64,000 nt of DNA from Selaginella moellendorffii. Lineage: Eukaryota > Plantae > Lycopodiophyta. A program made the translations under genes and the position numbers. This document shows, in pieces, positions 47,863-62,709 of the stretch (position 1 is its first letter; every line of letters begins with the position of its first letter). The notes below the pieces were generated by a model, which worked only from the letters and a program-made list of their open reading frames with translations, did not search any database and was not told where the DNA came from. The stretch is from positions 737,751-801,750 of the forward strand of contig NW_003314339.1 of NCBI RefSeq assembly GCF_000143415.4, read 5' to 3'.

Positions 47863-49140
47863 ATGGCAAGGGCAGGACGTAAGCAAACCCAGGCGGAGAC
47901 GGAACCTCCGCCGGAGCTGGAGCCTCCGGTCGAACAAGAGGCTATGGATGAGGAATCCTTGCATGAGGAGGACTCTAGTGAGGAAACTTCCAAGCAGGAG
48001 TCCGGTGGCGAGGTTCGGTCGTCCAAGGCTCGATTGGACGTGCTAGAAGGACAGTTGGCACAGACCAATGCCCTGCTGGAAACTCTCGTACGCAAGCTAA
48101 AGCGTGACGAGAGGCGGAAGAAAAAGAAAAAGACTGCGGATGCTGGCAGCGCAGAAGGTGCGGATCTTTCGGCCGGGACTGAGGCAAAACCAGACAAGGT
48201 CGAACAGACCGAAGTAGAATCAGTCCCTCAGGCAGTTCCCAAGTACAAACCAAAGCCCCCACCGGTCTTCAAGGGAGTGAACGACTATAAGGTGGTGGAG
48301 GATTGGTTTTACGATATGGAGGACTACTTCTGAGCGTTGCGGTTACCAAGCTCGGAGAAGGTCCCATGTGCAAAACCATACTTGGCAGATAATGCCAAGT
48401 CTTGGTGGAGAACAACGGAGGCCAACGAAGGACCGGTGGTCACTTGGGACATGATGAAGGCGAGGATCCGCGCAACATATGTTCCTCCGAATGCCACTCT
48501 GCATCTGAGAGATGAGCTGAGTAGGCTGAAGCAGACTGGAACCATCCAGGAATATGTGAATGGGTTCATGGCAAAGAGGATACTTGTCACGGACATGGGG
48601 GATATGGATGCGTTCCATGCCTTCATATCAGGTTTGCAAACCTGGGCTCGCGGTGAGGTGATGCGGTGGAACCCGACCAACTACAAGGAAGCGTTGGATG
48701 CGGCCATCAAGGTGCATTTCAACGATAACCTACAAAAGGGGAACACGACGGGGTCGGGATCCACATTTAGCAAAGGGGCCAAACCAAGGGGAACGTATAG
48801 CAAGGGGAAATTCAAAAAGAGTTTCTCTAAGAATGAGTCCTCGGGGTTCCGGAAAGGCAAATCCGGTGCCCAGCGAGCGAGTACGTGGGGGAGTCAAGCG
48901 AAAAGAGACAAACCCACGGATAAGAAGGTCAAGTCATATAGCAGCGTGGGAAACAACGTATGCTACAACTGCGGTGAAGCGGGACACTTTTCGAGGGAAT
49001 GTCCCTACCCGAAGAAGGCCAGAGCCAATATGGCCATCAAGTCGGGTGAAGTCCAAAATGAGGTATGTGATCCAGTCCCTAACTCAAAGTTACTTATTAC
49101 ACGAGCAACTTTGGTAGAGAGTCGTTCGCGACATCTACTA
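47863..49140 (+). pseudogene. gag: Gag with CCHC zinc knuckle; stop at 48331
   Basis: ORFs 47863-48333 and 48337-49191 are in the same frame and homologous to 27934-29211. Confidence 0.9.
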
Positions 49141-49571
49141 AAGCTCTATTTCGTTAAAGTGGGAATTGTCATTATCCCACTTGTAAAATAAGGTTTCCAA
49201 ACCTTTATATAGTATATAAATATAACAAAATTCAACTGCATTGAGGCACATGCCATTTTATTTTAAACAAGGAAATGTCTACTCAATCACTTCTCACTGC
49301 TTCACCTCTCTCTTCTCCTTGTCATCGTCGTCCAATTTCTTTCCATCCTTTTAATATTGGCTCAGTTGCTCCGAGTCTAGGTGGAGCCCAAGTCCCCATT
49401 CAATCTTTACTTTCCCCTTATTAATAAAACAACTTCGTAGACTTCCAATAACATGCTGTAACACTTCTAGTATAATGCAAATCCTCTCAAAGAATTGTCT
49501 TTTAATATTAATACAATGGCATGGAACCCCATGCCATAATAAGTTACATTTTTAAATAAATACATGCCATC

Positions 49572-52500
49572 TCAGACTGTTATTTTTTGCCTCCAACGCC
49601 TATACAATAATCTTGGAATTTCATCACTCTCCACACTATCAGGATTTAAACCCAATAGTAATGCCATCTCTTCTCTAATACGTCCACGCTCATGTTCAGT
49701 GGTCGAAGAACCCATCCGGTTGAGCAGATTATGGAGATGCGGATAGTGCTTGGCTAGACAATATACATGCCATAAATGATGACTGGTGTCTGTCCGATCA
49801 AATGGCTTTTGATATACCGTTCCATCTGCCATTTGGTTGATTTCTGCAGCCACCTCCTAGACTGGCCGGTTCTCTATCACCATCGCTTCAAGCCGTTTTG
49901 CAAGGTCCCCCAGAACATACGGTTTCTTCTCCCTAGTTTCCATACTGCAAGAGATGGGGTGCACTGCATATGTGTGCGTGTTCGCTGCAGTTTTAATCGG
50001 CGAGTCATCGATGATGAGGATTTCACTTGACCTAGCAGTCTGGTTCATCACTACAGCCTCTGCCTTGACGAAGATGGGCTTGCTACCCCTCACATGGACC
50101 ATAGTCAAGCAATCCTCCTGCGTTAGGAGAAAGTCAAATGGTAATATTACTCGCGTCTGATCGTGCATCATCTGTAGCAACGTTAATGCATTGTGGCGCA
50201 TCATGGATGTCCAAACTCCCAATTGCAAATTGAACCCAGCCCTCTGTTTTAAGTGTCGCATGGTCATTATTAGATCCCGCAGTTTCTCCCGTGTGATTAA
50301 TGTGAATCTGTCTCTTTTGACCAACTTGCGACCGCAGGCTTTGGAGGGTGCAGTGACATTCGAGGACGAGCCACGCTCATGGGAGAAAAGGACACCGTTC
50401 AGATCAAAAACGATACAGTACTTTCGCCGTGACTCTGAAATGAAATGCGTTAGCATAAAAAATGGTACAAGTCAATTTTACCATCTACAATATTAGCGAA
50501 TGGTGCTCCCGATGGTCGTTCAGAGGGTTTTGGTCGAGGAAACGTGAAGGGCGGAAATACTCTCCTCTGCAATGTGGGGTCAATCGCATCCGATGGCGTG
50601 TGGGCACATGCCATTTCAGCTGTAGACTCTGGTACAACTGGCTCAACAGTGGCATGGGGTGGTTCCGATGGCGTGTGATCACACGCCATTTCAGCTGGTG
50701 CCTCCGTTGGCAAAGTGGACATGACCGAACAGGCAGCAGGGGCGGTGTAGGGAGGTTCCAACGGCGCGTAGTCAGACGATTGGGCACACGTTGGAAATGA
50801 GGATACGACCGGCTCGGCGGCTGGGGCGGCCTCATGCGGGTCCAATGGCGCCTGGTCACCGTCAGTTGGATACGTGGACAAGATTGACTCAGTGGTATGG
50901 GCAGCATCAAGTGGAGCGTGGTCAGCTTGCTTGGCGTTGATATGGATAGTAGCCTCCACCAGCTCTGATGACTCTTGCAGGCAAGTAGAGTCCACTGGCG
51001 GATCCATATGCATGTCCAAATATCTCCCTTCGATTGAGATGGTATCCTCCCGTGCTACTAAAAACAAACTCATTAGCACATTGAATCGACTATACTGTAT
51101 TTACCATCAACTGCTATTGAGGAACTAGGACCGATATCACTTGGGCGCACTGCTGATTCTGAAGGATTGGACATACGTTTCGACCCTTGCTTGGCACTAT
51201 CCTTCCTCGACACTAAAGGCTAGAGTTTGTATCTTAATTCAACTGAATAATCTCTACTTACCATTTCTTCTGCGACCTACATGGACAATGTTAGAAATGG
51301 TAAAAGGTTAGGAATGGATGTACTATTATTTACCTGATGGTTTGTCTTGTATGACCTTCCTCCGCTGCTCTTTGGCCACCTCAGGCTGGCCATCATCGTC
51401 ATCATCGTCATCGTCGGTATTGTGATCGTCACCATTGTGAGGACCATCCAAGTCCTCTTTGTCCTCCTCTTCTTCGTCCTCCTCTTCCTCGTCCTCCTCT
51501 TCTTTGTCCTCCTCTTCGTCCTTCTGCTCTTCCTGCTCATTATCTTTCTCTGGCTCCTCATCCCCCTCTTGCATTTCTTCCATAGGCTGCTCAAGCTGGA
51601 TTGCTTGTTTTTCCAGGACCATCTTGGAAAAATCATCTGGCCGAGTCTCCATCTCAAAATACAAGACATCTATAGCCTGTTTTAGTGCGTGACCTAGGAC
51701 CGTATCCTCACCCGACTGTCTTAACATGGTTTCTGCACGTTCTTGCACCCTTCGAAGACGACGAGATGAGAAAAACGTGGCCCTGACTTGAAAAGCATCC
51801 CTCATCCATTGTACCTCTCCATTGAAATTGGGGAAGGGGAGTCCGCCATAGGAATCTGAGTCAGAAGGTGGTGATTGGCTCCTTTCACTCAGCCCTTGAT
51901 CTGCAATGAATGGCATGAGCACACACGCCATAACCGCGAGGCATTACCTATCATCTTTTCGTTGCCCTTCTTCCTTTTCGAATCAAACGCCTCTGATCCC
52001 GACGACTGTCCAACGTGCTTTCGCTTTTTATGACCACTGTCAGTTTGAGCTTGGCTGGTGCTTGCCTGTTTTGCCTTTGAAGAAGTGTCTCCTGCAAGGA
52101 ATGGCATGAGACCACACGCCATTGCAAATATAATTTGTACCTCCTTTTTTCCTATTGCTTGTCTGTTTGTCCTTCTTCGACGCGCCACCAGTGCGCTTTT
52201 CAGTCCTCGTGTCTGAATATTCACAACGATCTATAATCAAAATGGCGTGAGGCCTCACGTGACCTTACCTTGTGCAGGTTGTGACCTCAGCCTAACACCA
52301 GTAGCTGTTAACGCCGTTTCAGCATCTGGGGGTGGCCACGCTCCTGCATACAGAGCTTGTGAAATAACATTTAAACTTAAAGTGCGTACTCACCAGGTTC
52401 GTAGAGAAGATACTGTTTTTCTTTGGCAACTGTAATTATATGCTCCATTGAAGTCACCTCTTCAATGGAGTTTGTCACCGCAACACACGGGACACCCTTG

Positions 52501-55142
52501 AGTAGTGCGGCTCGAAAGAATAGTCCGCCGCAGTTGTACTCGACAACGCATTTGCCCTTGGAGTCACCCGCTATTGCGTTGAAGACCCAGCTGAGCATTT
52601 CCCATGCTGCACCTGGAGCTTTCTTTGGATTCGAAAGCTCCATAGCCGTCTTCAGTTCCTCAGGCACGGGTAAATTGACCTCCCTCAGATCAATTCGATC
52701 GGCTTTGTTGAACGAAGCTGGGAAGTCACTCCAGTCCCACTCTGCTGCAGGACCAATAACAAGGGCGACTGTGAAGATGCGGACATTCGTCGGTATCTTC
52801 TTCTTAGCCATTATCCCATGGATCTCCCGCATCTCCTTGCCTTTCAACCGAGCCTTCACCTCGTTCAAGGCCTTCCAGAACTTGTGATAGGATTCGGAGT
52901 CGTAGATCATATAGTGGACTGAAGATTCCACCTCCGCAAGTCCCACTATTAAGTCAATGATGGAGTTGACTTCGTCTGCATGAGTGATCTCCTCGTTTGT
53001 GAAGTCCATCACACAAAAGATGTTCTTGACCTGCTCATCTCCGCGGGAAACGATGCTCCTCCACCTTTGATCCTCATCCGAATTCACGTATACCCGGTAA
53101 GGTTCTCGATAGGCCTCTGCTGCGGGGTCGAGCTGTTTCTGATGCCGGCAGTCGACATCCCTCTTAATGAAATTTGGATACTGATCCAACTTCTCAGCTT
53201 TACTTTTCGTGGCATCCCGCAGCAGATCGATGAACTTGGGGGCCCCCTTCACGTACTCGTCGATGTCTTCATTTGACAAGTCCAGCTCTTCCATCATCTC
53301 TTGCGTGGTGTCGATGCTCACCCTCGCCACGGCCACTTGCTCGAAGATCCAATCCTTCAATAGCGCACGAGCTCTCAGAGTCGTGCACAAGTCCTCGTAT
53401 GTCACAATATGGCCGGGAGTCATTTTGGTCTTGTTGAAGACTACCTCACCACGTAGAAGAGCATTAGCCACTGTCAGAAGGTCGTCGTCGTCTAGAGACC
53501 GCGAGAAACGCAAGGCGTTGAGCTTCAAATCATTGGGCTTCCGGCCGTCCTCCACACCCATTGAGTTTAGCAACTCCCCGTCATGGTACCTCCTTAGCAC
53601 ATCTACCCATTTGTCAAAAACAACTTTTGTCGCGAGTAGAATGTTATGGATGCTGAGTGTGTCATTGACCCCCAGTGTTTTCGAGAGAAGACTCGAGAAT
53701 TCTTGCAATGGAAATGGCGTGAGGCCACATGCTATGCCACATGCAACGAGGCTTACCTGCCAGGCGCTAGTTGCTAGTGCACGTCCTTGTCCTGGTTTTT
53801 GTGGCTTCTTCAGTTGAACCCAGAGCTTCCGTGTTCGTGCCAATGTCTCGTGCAGACCCGATTTGTAGCACGTTTCTTGCTTGACATTCTACGCGTGGGA
53901 GATGTATATGATAGATCGGAGGGGCGAGTTGCCTTTTATCAGGCGGACAACTCTTGTCTTGAAGACTTTCTTCACCTCCTCGCCCACCATAATATCCACA
54001 ACTATCTGTTGCATCGCCAAGCTAGAATGCTGCCCGGAGACGGCATAGAACCGGATGTTCTGATCGTCCAACACCTTCCTATTGATCAAGTCTGGAAACC
54101 TCGTCTCGCCCTTCATTGTTCGGTAGTAGGGGATCACGTCTGCGATGTCGGGTGTTACTGGACTTGCCAGCATCTTCTGCTTCAGTTTCTCCACCCACTC
54201 ATCAGATACTAGCCTGTGGTTGTATTTGCTTTGGATCTCGATACGGCTCACGTCGATTGTATATACTTTGTTGGAATAGTAACAAGTACTATTATCTGCG
54301 ACGATTTTTGCTGCCTCTTCTTGCTCTTTCTGCTCTTTGCGGCTCTTCTTTTTGGTGGGTGTAGTGTTCGAACCCGAGGCAATGGCATCACCGAGTAGCT
54401 TCTTTTTTGGAGCAGCAGAGTCGGACGTCGGCTTGAGCTTGACCACCCTTTTCTGCTTCGGGGTAGTTTCCAGATCGACCCCCTTCCCCTTCGCTTCGCA
54501 AACTGGAGGCACTCTCAACGGCTCAATGTTGGAATATAGTTTTTGAACATCGCCGTAGGTGAGGTCCGTGGATTCCATGTGATCTTCATAGACCCGCAGC
54601 GTCTTTGAAATTGTGGGCCTCCTGGACAACCTCTCCCTAGCTCCCTCTAGGAATTCCTCATAGCCGCTGCCCCCCTCCGGGAAGCCGCTAGGATGTGCAA
54701 GGTGGATCTTGAAGGCGGACGCTGTCTCTACCACAAGTGCCAGTCCATATTCTTGCATGGAACTGCATGGAGTGTTTGTCACTTGGATGAGGATCCCCAT
54801 GCATTCTTTTCTCCCACCATCTGTGTTGTACAGCATCAGATCCTCGCCTTCCATCCCGAAAGTCCAACTGGAACGCAATTCCAAGAACGCAATTCCTCGC
54901 CTGTTCAAAAATGCACAACAATTAGAGCTGACAGATGAAAAGCTAGCAGCTGGAAATAACGTGAGGCCACACGCCATTCACCACTGCATCAGATGTCTTG
55001 AGGCTGCATCCTAAGATGGCGTGAGGCTACACGCCATCTGTAACCGGACTGCACTCGAGAGCCCAATCGGTGCATGCCAATGTTGCTACTGAATGGCATG
55101 TGGCCTCATGCCATTTTCTACTTGGTCTAAAAGACTTACCAT
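49572..55142 (-). pseudogene. Cargo gene, copy 3 (stops at ~53889 and ~49857, rearrangement near 54870-54890)
   Basis: Reverse complement of 7300-12908 with the same splice sites. Confidence 0.88.
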
Positions 55143-57219
55143 TTGAAGCCGAATGGAGGCCGTGACAATCGAGGCCGGACTCGCTGGCGAATGTGCACTG
55201 TGTGTGCAGCGGATCGTAGCAGCAAGGCTACTCTGCCACTTACAGTTGGAGAGTGGTGCTGAAATCTCCCGGGACGCCAAGTGGGCTACGTGTGGGTGGT
55301 GGAGTGGGCGGCGGAGTTGGCGGCGAAGTTACAAACTGGGTGTGTCTTGAAGTGGACGCCGATGCACACGAGCGCGATGCGAGCGCGAGTGTGATGCAAG
55401 CACGAGTGGACGCCGATGCACACGAGAAACCTGTAGAGAAGTGAGCGTGATCGCGAGTGGGAGCGCGATGCGAGCGGGAGCGCGAGTGTGATGCGAGCGC
55501 GAGCGCGAGTACAAAGCAAAATGCAAAACCTAACCTCACACGCGCGAAATGTCACAACGGTTGGTAATCCCGCCACGTCATCATTCCTCGGACTTGGGCG
55601 CCACCATTAATTTCTGGATTGCCGCGCGCATGCAAGCACGCAAAATCCAAAAGAAATCCGCAACGTCATCATTCCTCGGACTGCATGCACGCGAAATCCA
55701 AAAGAAAGATCATGATTGGGATATCATTTAATACCCTCGCTATATTTATACCATGCATGATTGGATATTCCAAAGCATCTTGTATTTCCAAAAATGGCAG
55801 ATGTTCAGCTAAATAAAGAAATTCTATCTGTTTCTATTTTTCTCTCAAATCAATATTATAGCGTGTGGGCTCATGCAATTTTGAACCAAAGAAACCCAAA
55901 AAACGTTGGACCCAAAATATTTTGAAAAAACCCAAAAAACCCTAAACATTTTAAACCCAAAAATCCAGGCGTCCTGTGGCGTTATTCCTTGAATGGCGTG
56001 TGGGCGCATGCCATTTTCAGGGCCAAATGCTGAATGGAGAAAAATTCCCTTTCAGTGCAAATGCTGCAAGAGGCAGATGCCGAGCACAAAGGACTGTAAC
56101 TACCTCACATGACACAGATAAACTTTTCTCTATTTGGCAAAGATAAACTTTATAGCGTGTGGGCTCATGCAATTTTGAACCCAAAAAATGCACCAAAAAA
56201 TTCTCGGCGTCATCTGGCATTATCTCTTGAATGGCGTGGGGCCGCATGCCATTTTCAGGGGCACATAGGAGTATATTCCTAGGATATTCTGACACGCGCG
56301 AGATTTTTTTGAGTTTTTTGGAGATCCAACCGTTAGATCGCAACTAGATTTTACAGAATGGTATACAATGTCTTTCTTGATGACCCTGCAAAGAAGCATC
56401 TCGATCGGACACCACATGAGACCACACGAGCCTTACAATGTTTCAGGGGCATTTGCCATAGATCCGACCGTTATTTTGCTTCAAGATTTTACAGTTTGGT
56501 GTGCATTGACCTTTCCATCGAAACTGCAAAGGGACATCACAATCAGATGCGGGATCACAAGAAACTAACTTCACTAACTCTGGTTTCACCAAGATCTACG
56601 TAAGGAGTTATGAAATGATAGGACCCTCTCTATTGAAATGTGTTTATGGTCCTAGGGGCATTGTGACATATCAAAAGATTTTGCATCAAGTTCTGTATTT
56701 GCATGTTTATCAAGCTACTGAATTGCTAAACCCTAAACCCTAAACCCTAAACCCTAAACATGTGGCAAATGCTGCGTGAAGAAAGATGCCCTTTCTGGGC
56801 AAATGCTGTAAGAGGCAGATGCCGAGCAGATGTATCTCAGGCTAGCGAAGGGGACGAACGAAAGCTAGCTATAAACATGACGGGATGCAAATAGATTACT
56901 AGGCTGGTCCTACGAAAATCAAAAACCATAATTGAAAACATTGAAAATGCAAAAAGAAAGGTTTATAATATTTTTGAATTTTAGGCAACCAAAGGAATGT
57001 AAGTAGGGCATGTGTTTGTAAGTTTAAAAATGCCTCAACCACTTAAATTCCCAAGTAAATAAAGCTGTTTCTATTTTTGGTACAGGTAAACTTTATAGCG
57101 TGTGGGCTCATGCAATTTTGAACCCAAAAATGCACCAAAAAATGCTCGACTAGCATTATTCTTTGAATGGCGTGTAACCTTATGTCGAGCATTATTCTTT
57201 GAATGGCGTGTGGCCTTAT

Positions 57220-58765
57220 TGTAGGCGACTAAATTTTCCATTCTACTTTAGTCACTTAACCACACCTCCGACCACTTGGAGGAGTCTCGTTCACAACCTC
57301 CATAAGTCCAATCCAGGACTTGGGACTTGCTAGCCCCGAGAATGGCATCCATGCCACTCAACATTTGCACTTGGTCCAAGTGCTCCACGTGTCCGATCCC
57401 ATGACCGACACTCAAAGGTACCACCGACATAGCAGCCCATTACGCTAAGGCCATGCCCAATCACCTTTGCCACACTGGTGGTCTAATACCACTTGCATCA
57501 CAGTCTTGGCTCTCCAAGACTAGGCAAACCATCCGTGAGTGGTCATCTTAGATCCACTCCTTAGCATCCTTTGGATGCCCACCGACAAGGGGAATAGCCT
57601 TCCCCAATATCCCTCTGTCAGTCCCCACTAAGTCCCTTTCTGCCCCTGGCCGTGTTTGCCAACACTGCCACTGGATCGAGACCCACAGGCCCGACCACTA
57701 AGTCCCATGGTCCTTTGGGACTTCCTCACCACTCGACTGTGTCCTTGGTCACTACCCCAGAGGACTGCTCCTCTTCCTTTCCACAGTCTGGGCCTTTGGG
57801 ACAACATTTCGGAACACTGTGGCCTTACGCGAGCCACCTGGGTACTCTCCTCGCCTTCTGCCCTTGGGTGCTCTAGCCATGGGCTTAGAGCGAGGTTCCG
57901 TTGAGCCACACCTGGTATCCAAGTAGGTAGTGCCACCCACACTTGGACTGGGAGCATCGGCCAGTCGATCTCCCGGGGGAACTAGAGCCGGCTCTTGAAC
58001 ACTTCACCAAGCTACCCCGCTTGTCGGTCCGTGTTCACTCTAGTCTTGGACTTCCCAGTGGTCAGTTCATCACCCAACACTGGGTATGGCCTTCCTGGAC
58101 CAAACTGGTCCTTCCTGGGCCAAACTGGCCCTTCCTGGCCAAACTGGCTCCACTGGGCTCCAACCCCCACACTCTCCCTACTATACTTTTGGAACCCCCC
58201 ACAGCCCCCCCCCCCTGGGAGACGCACGCTTTGGGCTTTCACCCCTTGGCCCGTATTAGTATTTGGACTTAGTCTCTGGCTCGATCTCGGATCCGATTTC
58301 GGATCCGACTTCGGATTCGGTCTCGGACTCGATCTCAGTCCCGGTTCCATCTCGGACTCCATCTCGGGTCCATCTCGGACTCCATCTCGGACTCCATCTC
58401 GGACTCCATCTCGGACTCCATCTCGGACTCCATCTCGGATTCCATCTCGGGTCCATCTCGGACTCCATCTCGGACTCCATCTCGGACTCCATCTCGGGTC
58501 CATCTCGTGTCCATCTCGGACTCCATCTCGGACACTTCCACGTGTCATGTGTTGGTCCTTTTGGGTCCCTTTTTGGAGCCTCACTTTTTGCTCGCTTCGT
58601 GCTTGTTCCTCGAGCACTTCGTTGGGAGTTCCACTCCCGCTCTTGACTTTTCAAGTCGGAGCTTTTGGTCCAAACGTGTTACGCTCGTTTGGCTCTCGCT
58701 TCGGCCACTACCACGTGGCACCCTTTCCGGCTCCACTTTGGGGCCTAGGGATTTTGTGTCTCACA
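57220..58765 (-). mobile_element. Family B solo LTR containing a family-A-like segment, TSD CTTAT
   Basis: CTTAT at 57215-57219 and 58766-58770; TG...CA ends. Confidence 0.92.
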
Positions 58766-59640
58766 CTTATATTGCCATAAATGGACGTACACACACAGCG
58801 TAATTATTCCTTTACACGGCGAATAATCTTGGCGCGGATCGCTGACATGGCATGGCAAAGTTCGAATCACTGACATGGCACAGCTGGATCGAGGCAAGGA
58901 CATGATGTGACAAAGTTCAACCTCCGACAGCAAAGTCTAGAAGCTACTCAGTTTGAAATTTGTCAGAGGAATCATAAGATCTGGTTTGTCAGAGGATTTG
59001 ATGTGACGTTCAAGCGTGTGTTATTTTTGAATTCTCGAACTCATTCCTAGGTCTATCATTTTTGTGCGCCGTGTTCTTGGTTCCGCTGAGCGCAGTGAGC
59101 GCTGCTTGTGTAAGCGGCGTTGTGGGCTGTGGTTTATGCGTCTACGAGCGGTTGCGGCATTGCGAGCGCCATTGCGAGCGGCAGTTTATGCGAGTGGCAG
59201 TTTGTGCGAGCGGCGCTACGAGCAGTTGCGGTGTTGCGAGCGGCGCTACGAGTAGTTGCGGTGTTGCGAGCGGCACTGTCTTTGGTGTGGCTACCGCTTC
59301 CTCTTGATATTCGACACTTGTGCTTCCTGGTATGTTCACCATGGAATGGCTTAGGACCACATTTAGAAATGGCATGAGGCCACATGCCATCTTGGGCCCT
59401 TGCAATTTCATGGCTAGCGTATTGTCATGTATGTTTTTACTTGCCTGCAGCTGTGTGTATATCAAGATGGCATGAGGCCTCATGCCAATTTTGTGAATGC
59501 GAAATTTCACGTGGGTGTCAATAGCATGTTTGAATAATGGCATGTGGCCTCATGCTATTGAGGTTGTTTGGTATGTTATGATTTAGGCCATTCTCCAATC
59601 ATTTTTTGTATGGTCTTAACTTCTTTTGTGCACTTTCAGA

Positions 59641-62600
59641 ATGGCCTTCAGGGTTGGGGAAAAGGTTTACATTTTGAATGGTGGGAAGAGAGTTGCAAAA
59701 GGGACCCTTGTGTCTATGGATCGGAACTTTGTTATACACTGTGAAAGGCTTGGGGAAGGCAATGCTGCTGTATCAGTAGAGACTGTCTTCGATGGGAATG
59801 TGGTCGCTATTGAACGAGGAGAGATGGTCGTCGGGGTAAATGTTGTTGTTGCCTTGAAAAATCTTCAGAAGAAAGCAGATGTTGGGGACAGCGCAAGTGC
59901 GACGCATGTTCCCTCCGTGGATCTTAAGAACCATGCTACATGGATTCAGGCAAAAGTGTTTCTAAACAACCCCGAGGGGGAGGTGGTAGCTGAGGGCTTA
60001 GCCACAGTTGTCGATCCAAGAGATGCGGTTGTTAATCAAGAATTGGGCTGGGATGATATTGGAGTTGCGATTTTAGAGGTTGTTGACACAGAAGAAAACA
60101 GTCGGACTATTGGAAGCATTGTGCGGTGGAAATTGAGGCACTTAGTGTTTGAGAATGTGAAGGATTCACAATCAAACACCACTACAACTGATGACAGAAC
60201 ATCTCTTCATGGGAAAAGAAAGTACACCTTCCTAAAGCGCAGCCAAAGGGATCTGAGCAACGAACCGAAAAGGCAGAAAATGGCGATGGAGGTTCGAATG
60301 GTCTCGACAGTTGCTTGTTGCAAGAGGAGGTGCTGTCAACATGCTGATTGGGATGCTATTGAAGAGGAGAGAGCAAGATACAAGACATTGTCCTGGAAGG
60401 CAGCTCGCAATTTTGTGTATGAGGCATTACGGTCATCTGTTGATGCTTCAGAACATCAGGTGGGGGGCATGGTCTTCCAGAGGGGTTTGGTCTGCATGAA
60501 GGCATGGAGAATCATTTATGGAGTCCCTCGAACCACATTCTACAGAATCAAAACTGAGTTCGAAGAACAAAGGGTTCAACAGGCAGTCCATGGGAACGAC
60601 GGTACGCACAAAACCAGGGGTCATGTTGTATATGGAGAGGCAATCTTCAAGAGGTTTGTCGAGACATGTAGCGAGCAGCAACCACATAAAACCCGCCTCT
60701 TGGAAGATGGAACACGAGACACCCAACGAGTTCTCCCTTCCATGTATACCAAGGGGGCCATATTGGAAGATGTGAATCGGGAACTCCAGAGTAATGGCTA
60801 CAGGAAGCTGAGCCAATCTAGATTTAGTAGATTGTGGAGCAACAGGTTCAGGGATGTGAGTATAGGAAAGTACTCCAGCTTTTCAAAGTGTGACGAGTGC
60901 ACTGCTATCAAAATGGCTTTGTCGAAGAATTCTTGCAGCGCTCAAGAGCGAGAGACGTTGGTTAGAAGGCGGCTCGACCACAACATCGAGCAGAGAAGCT
61001 GCAGGACTGCATATTATCATAACAGGATTCTCTCCATGGAGAGACCTGACTCTTACCTTTGCATCATCCACGACAAAATGGACCAGAAAAAGACGTGCTT
61101 ACCTCGACTCAATCCTGCCCCCAAGGCAATCTCTTCATCCATGCAGCTGCCTGTGTCTCTGTTTGGCATAATCGCTCATGGGCATGGTGCCCAGAACTAT
61201 GGGAACTTCTTTGTACCTCTATGGGGTGGCGGGGGTGCAAACATGATGATTGCGTCCCTAGCAAAACACTTAAGGTCTCTGCAAAGTGCGCAGACTGAGC
61301 TGAACGGCCAACCCTTGCATAAGGCCCTTGTCGATCGAACCCCATACAGGGTTCAGCTGGAGGAGGAGCAAAGGCTTGCAGTATCGCGTGGGGCCCCATG
61401 CCATCCCAATGAATATGTTGGCCGTCAGATTGTGGGGTTATCACGTGAGGCCTCATGCCATTCCGACGAGGCTGGTCGCCCGGTGAATGCACAGCCTCAT
61501 CCAAACGAAGCAGAATCTCAAGGAAGTTCTTGCGGCCGATGTGGCCTTCCACCCCATCTTCTGCTCCAAACAGACAATGCTGGCAGTGAGAACAAAAACA
61601 TGTACGTCTTCGCGTACTTGGCGATGCTTGTTGCCAAAGGCATATTTGAAACGGTTACACTTGGCTTTCTCATGGTTGGGCACACTCATGAAGACGTCGA
61701 TGCCATGTTCAGTCACCTGGCAGAGTCCCTCCGGCGATCCAATGTCCTCACCCTCCCACAACTCTACGATGAATTCCAAAATTGCATCAAAGGCACTGTT
61801 GAAGCTGCACTTCTGACAGAGGTTCCAGACTTTAAGGGGTTTGTAAGAGGCTACATCAGGGACGGATCCAAAACGCTGATTGGCCACTCCAAGCCTCTTC
61901 AGTTTCATTTCAGCATGTGTGACGGTGCTCCAGTGATGAGGTACAAGATGAGAGAATGGGACACAGTGTGGCTGCTAGTGGACGGCATTGAACTCTTCAA
62001 GAGAGATCCCATAACTGGGGAACCTATGATTCCTCAGGGTTCCCCACGGCCGATGCACCCGGATGGACTCAAAGACCAGGAAAGTATAGTGGCCAGGATT
62101 AGACAGCATATTGCCTTCTGGAAGAGGGGGTTGGTGTTTGGTGGAGAATCCTATTTTCAGAGGTGCAAGCCTTTGCTCGAATACTAGGAGAAGATTATAT
62201 CTGCTATCCAAAATGGGCCGGTTGTATATGAAGAATTGGAAGAGTCCTTTTGGCCAGAACCCAGAGCACCAGATAGTAGCGGAACAATGTCCTCTGGAAA
62301 TGCAGTGACAGATAACGATGTTGAGGATCACTATTGTGGGCCGAGGAACAAGAAGCCGGATTCAGCATTCAATCCAGTACAGGTCTGCAAAGGAATGGTC
62401 GTGCTTGTCAGACCCAGTAATAAAAAACAAATGATATGGGTGGGGCGCTGCATCACTGATGCAGAGGAGGACGCGGAAACTAACTCCTTCAATGTAACTG
62501 TGGAGTGGTTCAAGCCAAGTTCCGGATATACGAAGGATTGCCTAGAAAAGAGATGGGTGCTGAATCCAAGGGATCCCAGCATGAGCATATCGGTGGATAA

Positions 62601-62709
62601 TGTTGTGCATGGTTGGATGCGGAAGCAGAGTGCCACCATCACCTTGCCAGACCATGCAAGAGATGCAGCAAGAGCATTCATAACTCGGGTTCAAGGTGAG
62701 ATTCATTAA
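59641..62709 (+). pseudogene. Sola-like transposase, copy 3, with a TGG>TAG stop at 62185-62187
   Basis: Near-identical to 1341-4409; ORFs 59626-62187 and 62236-62709 are in the same frame. Confidence 0.9.
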
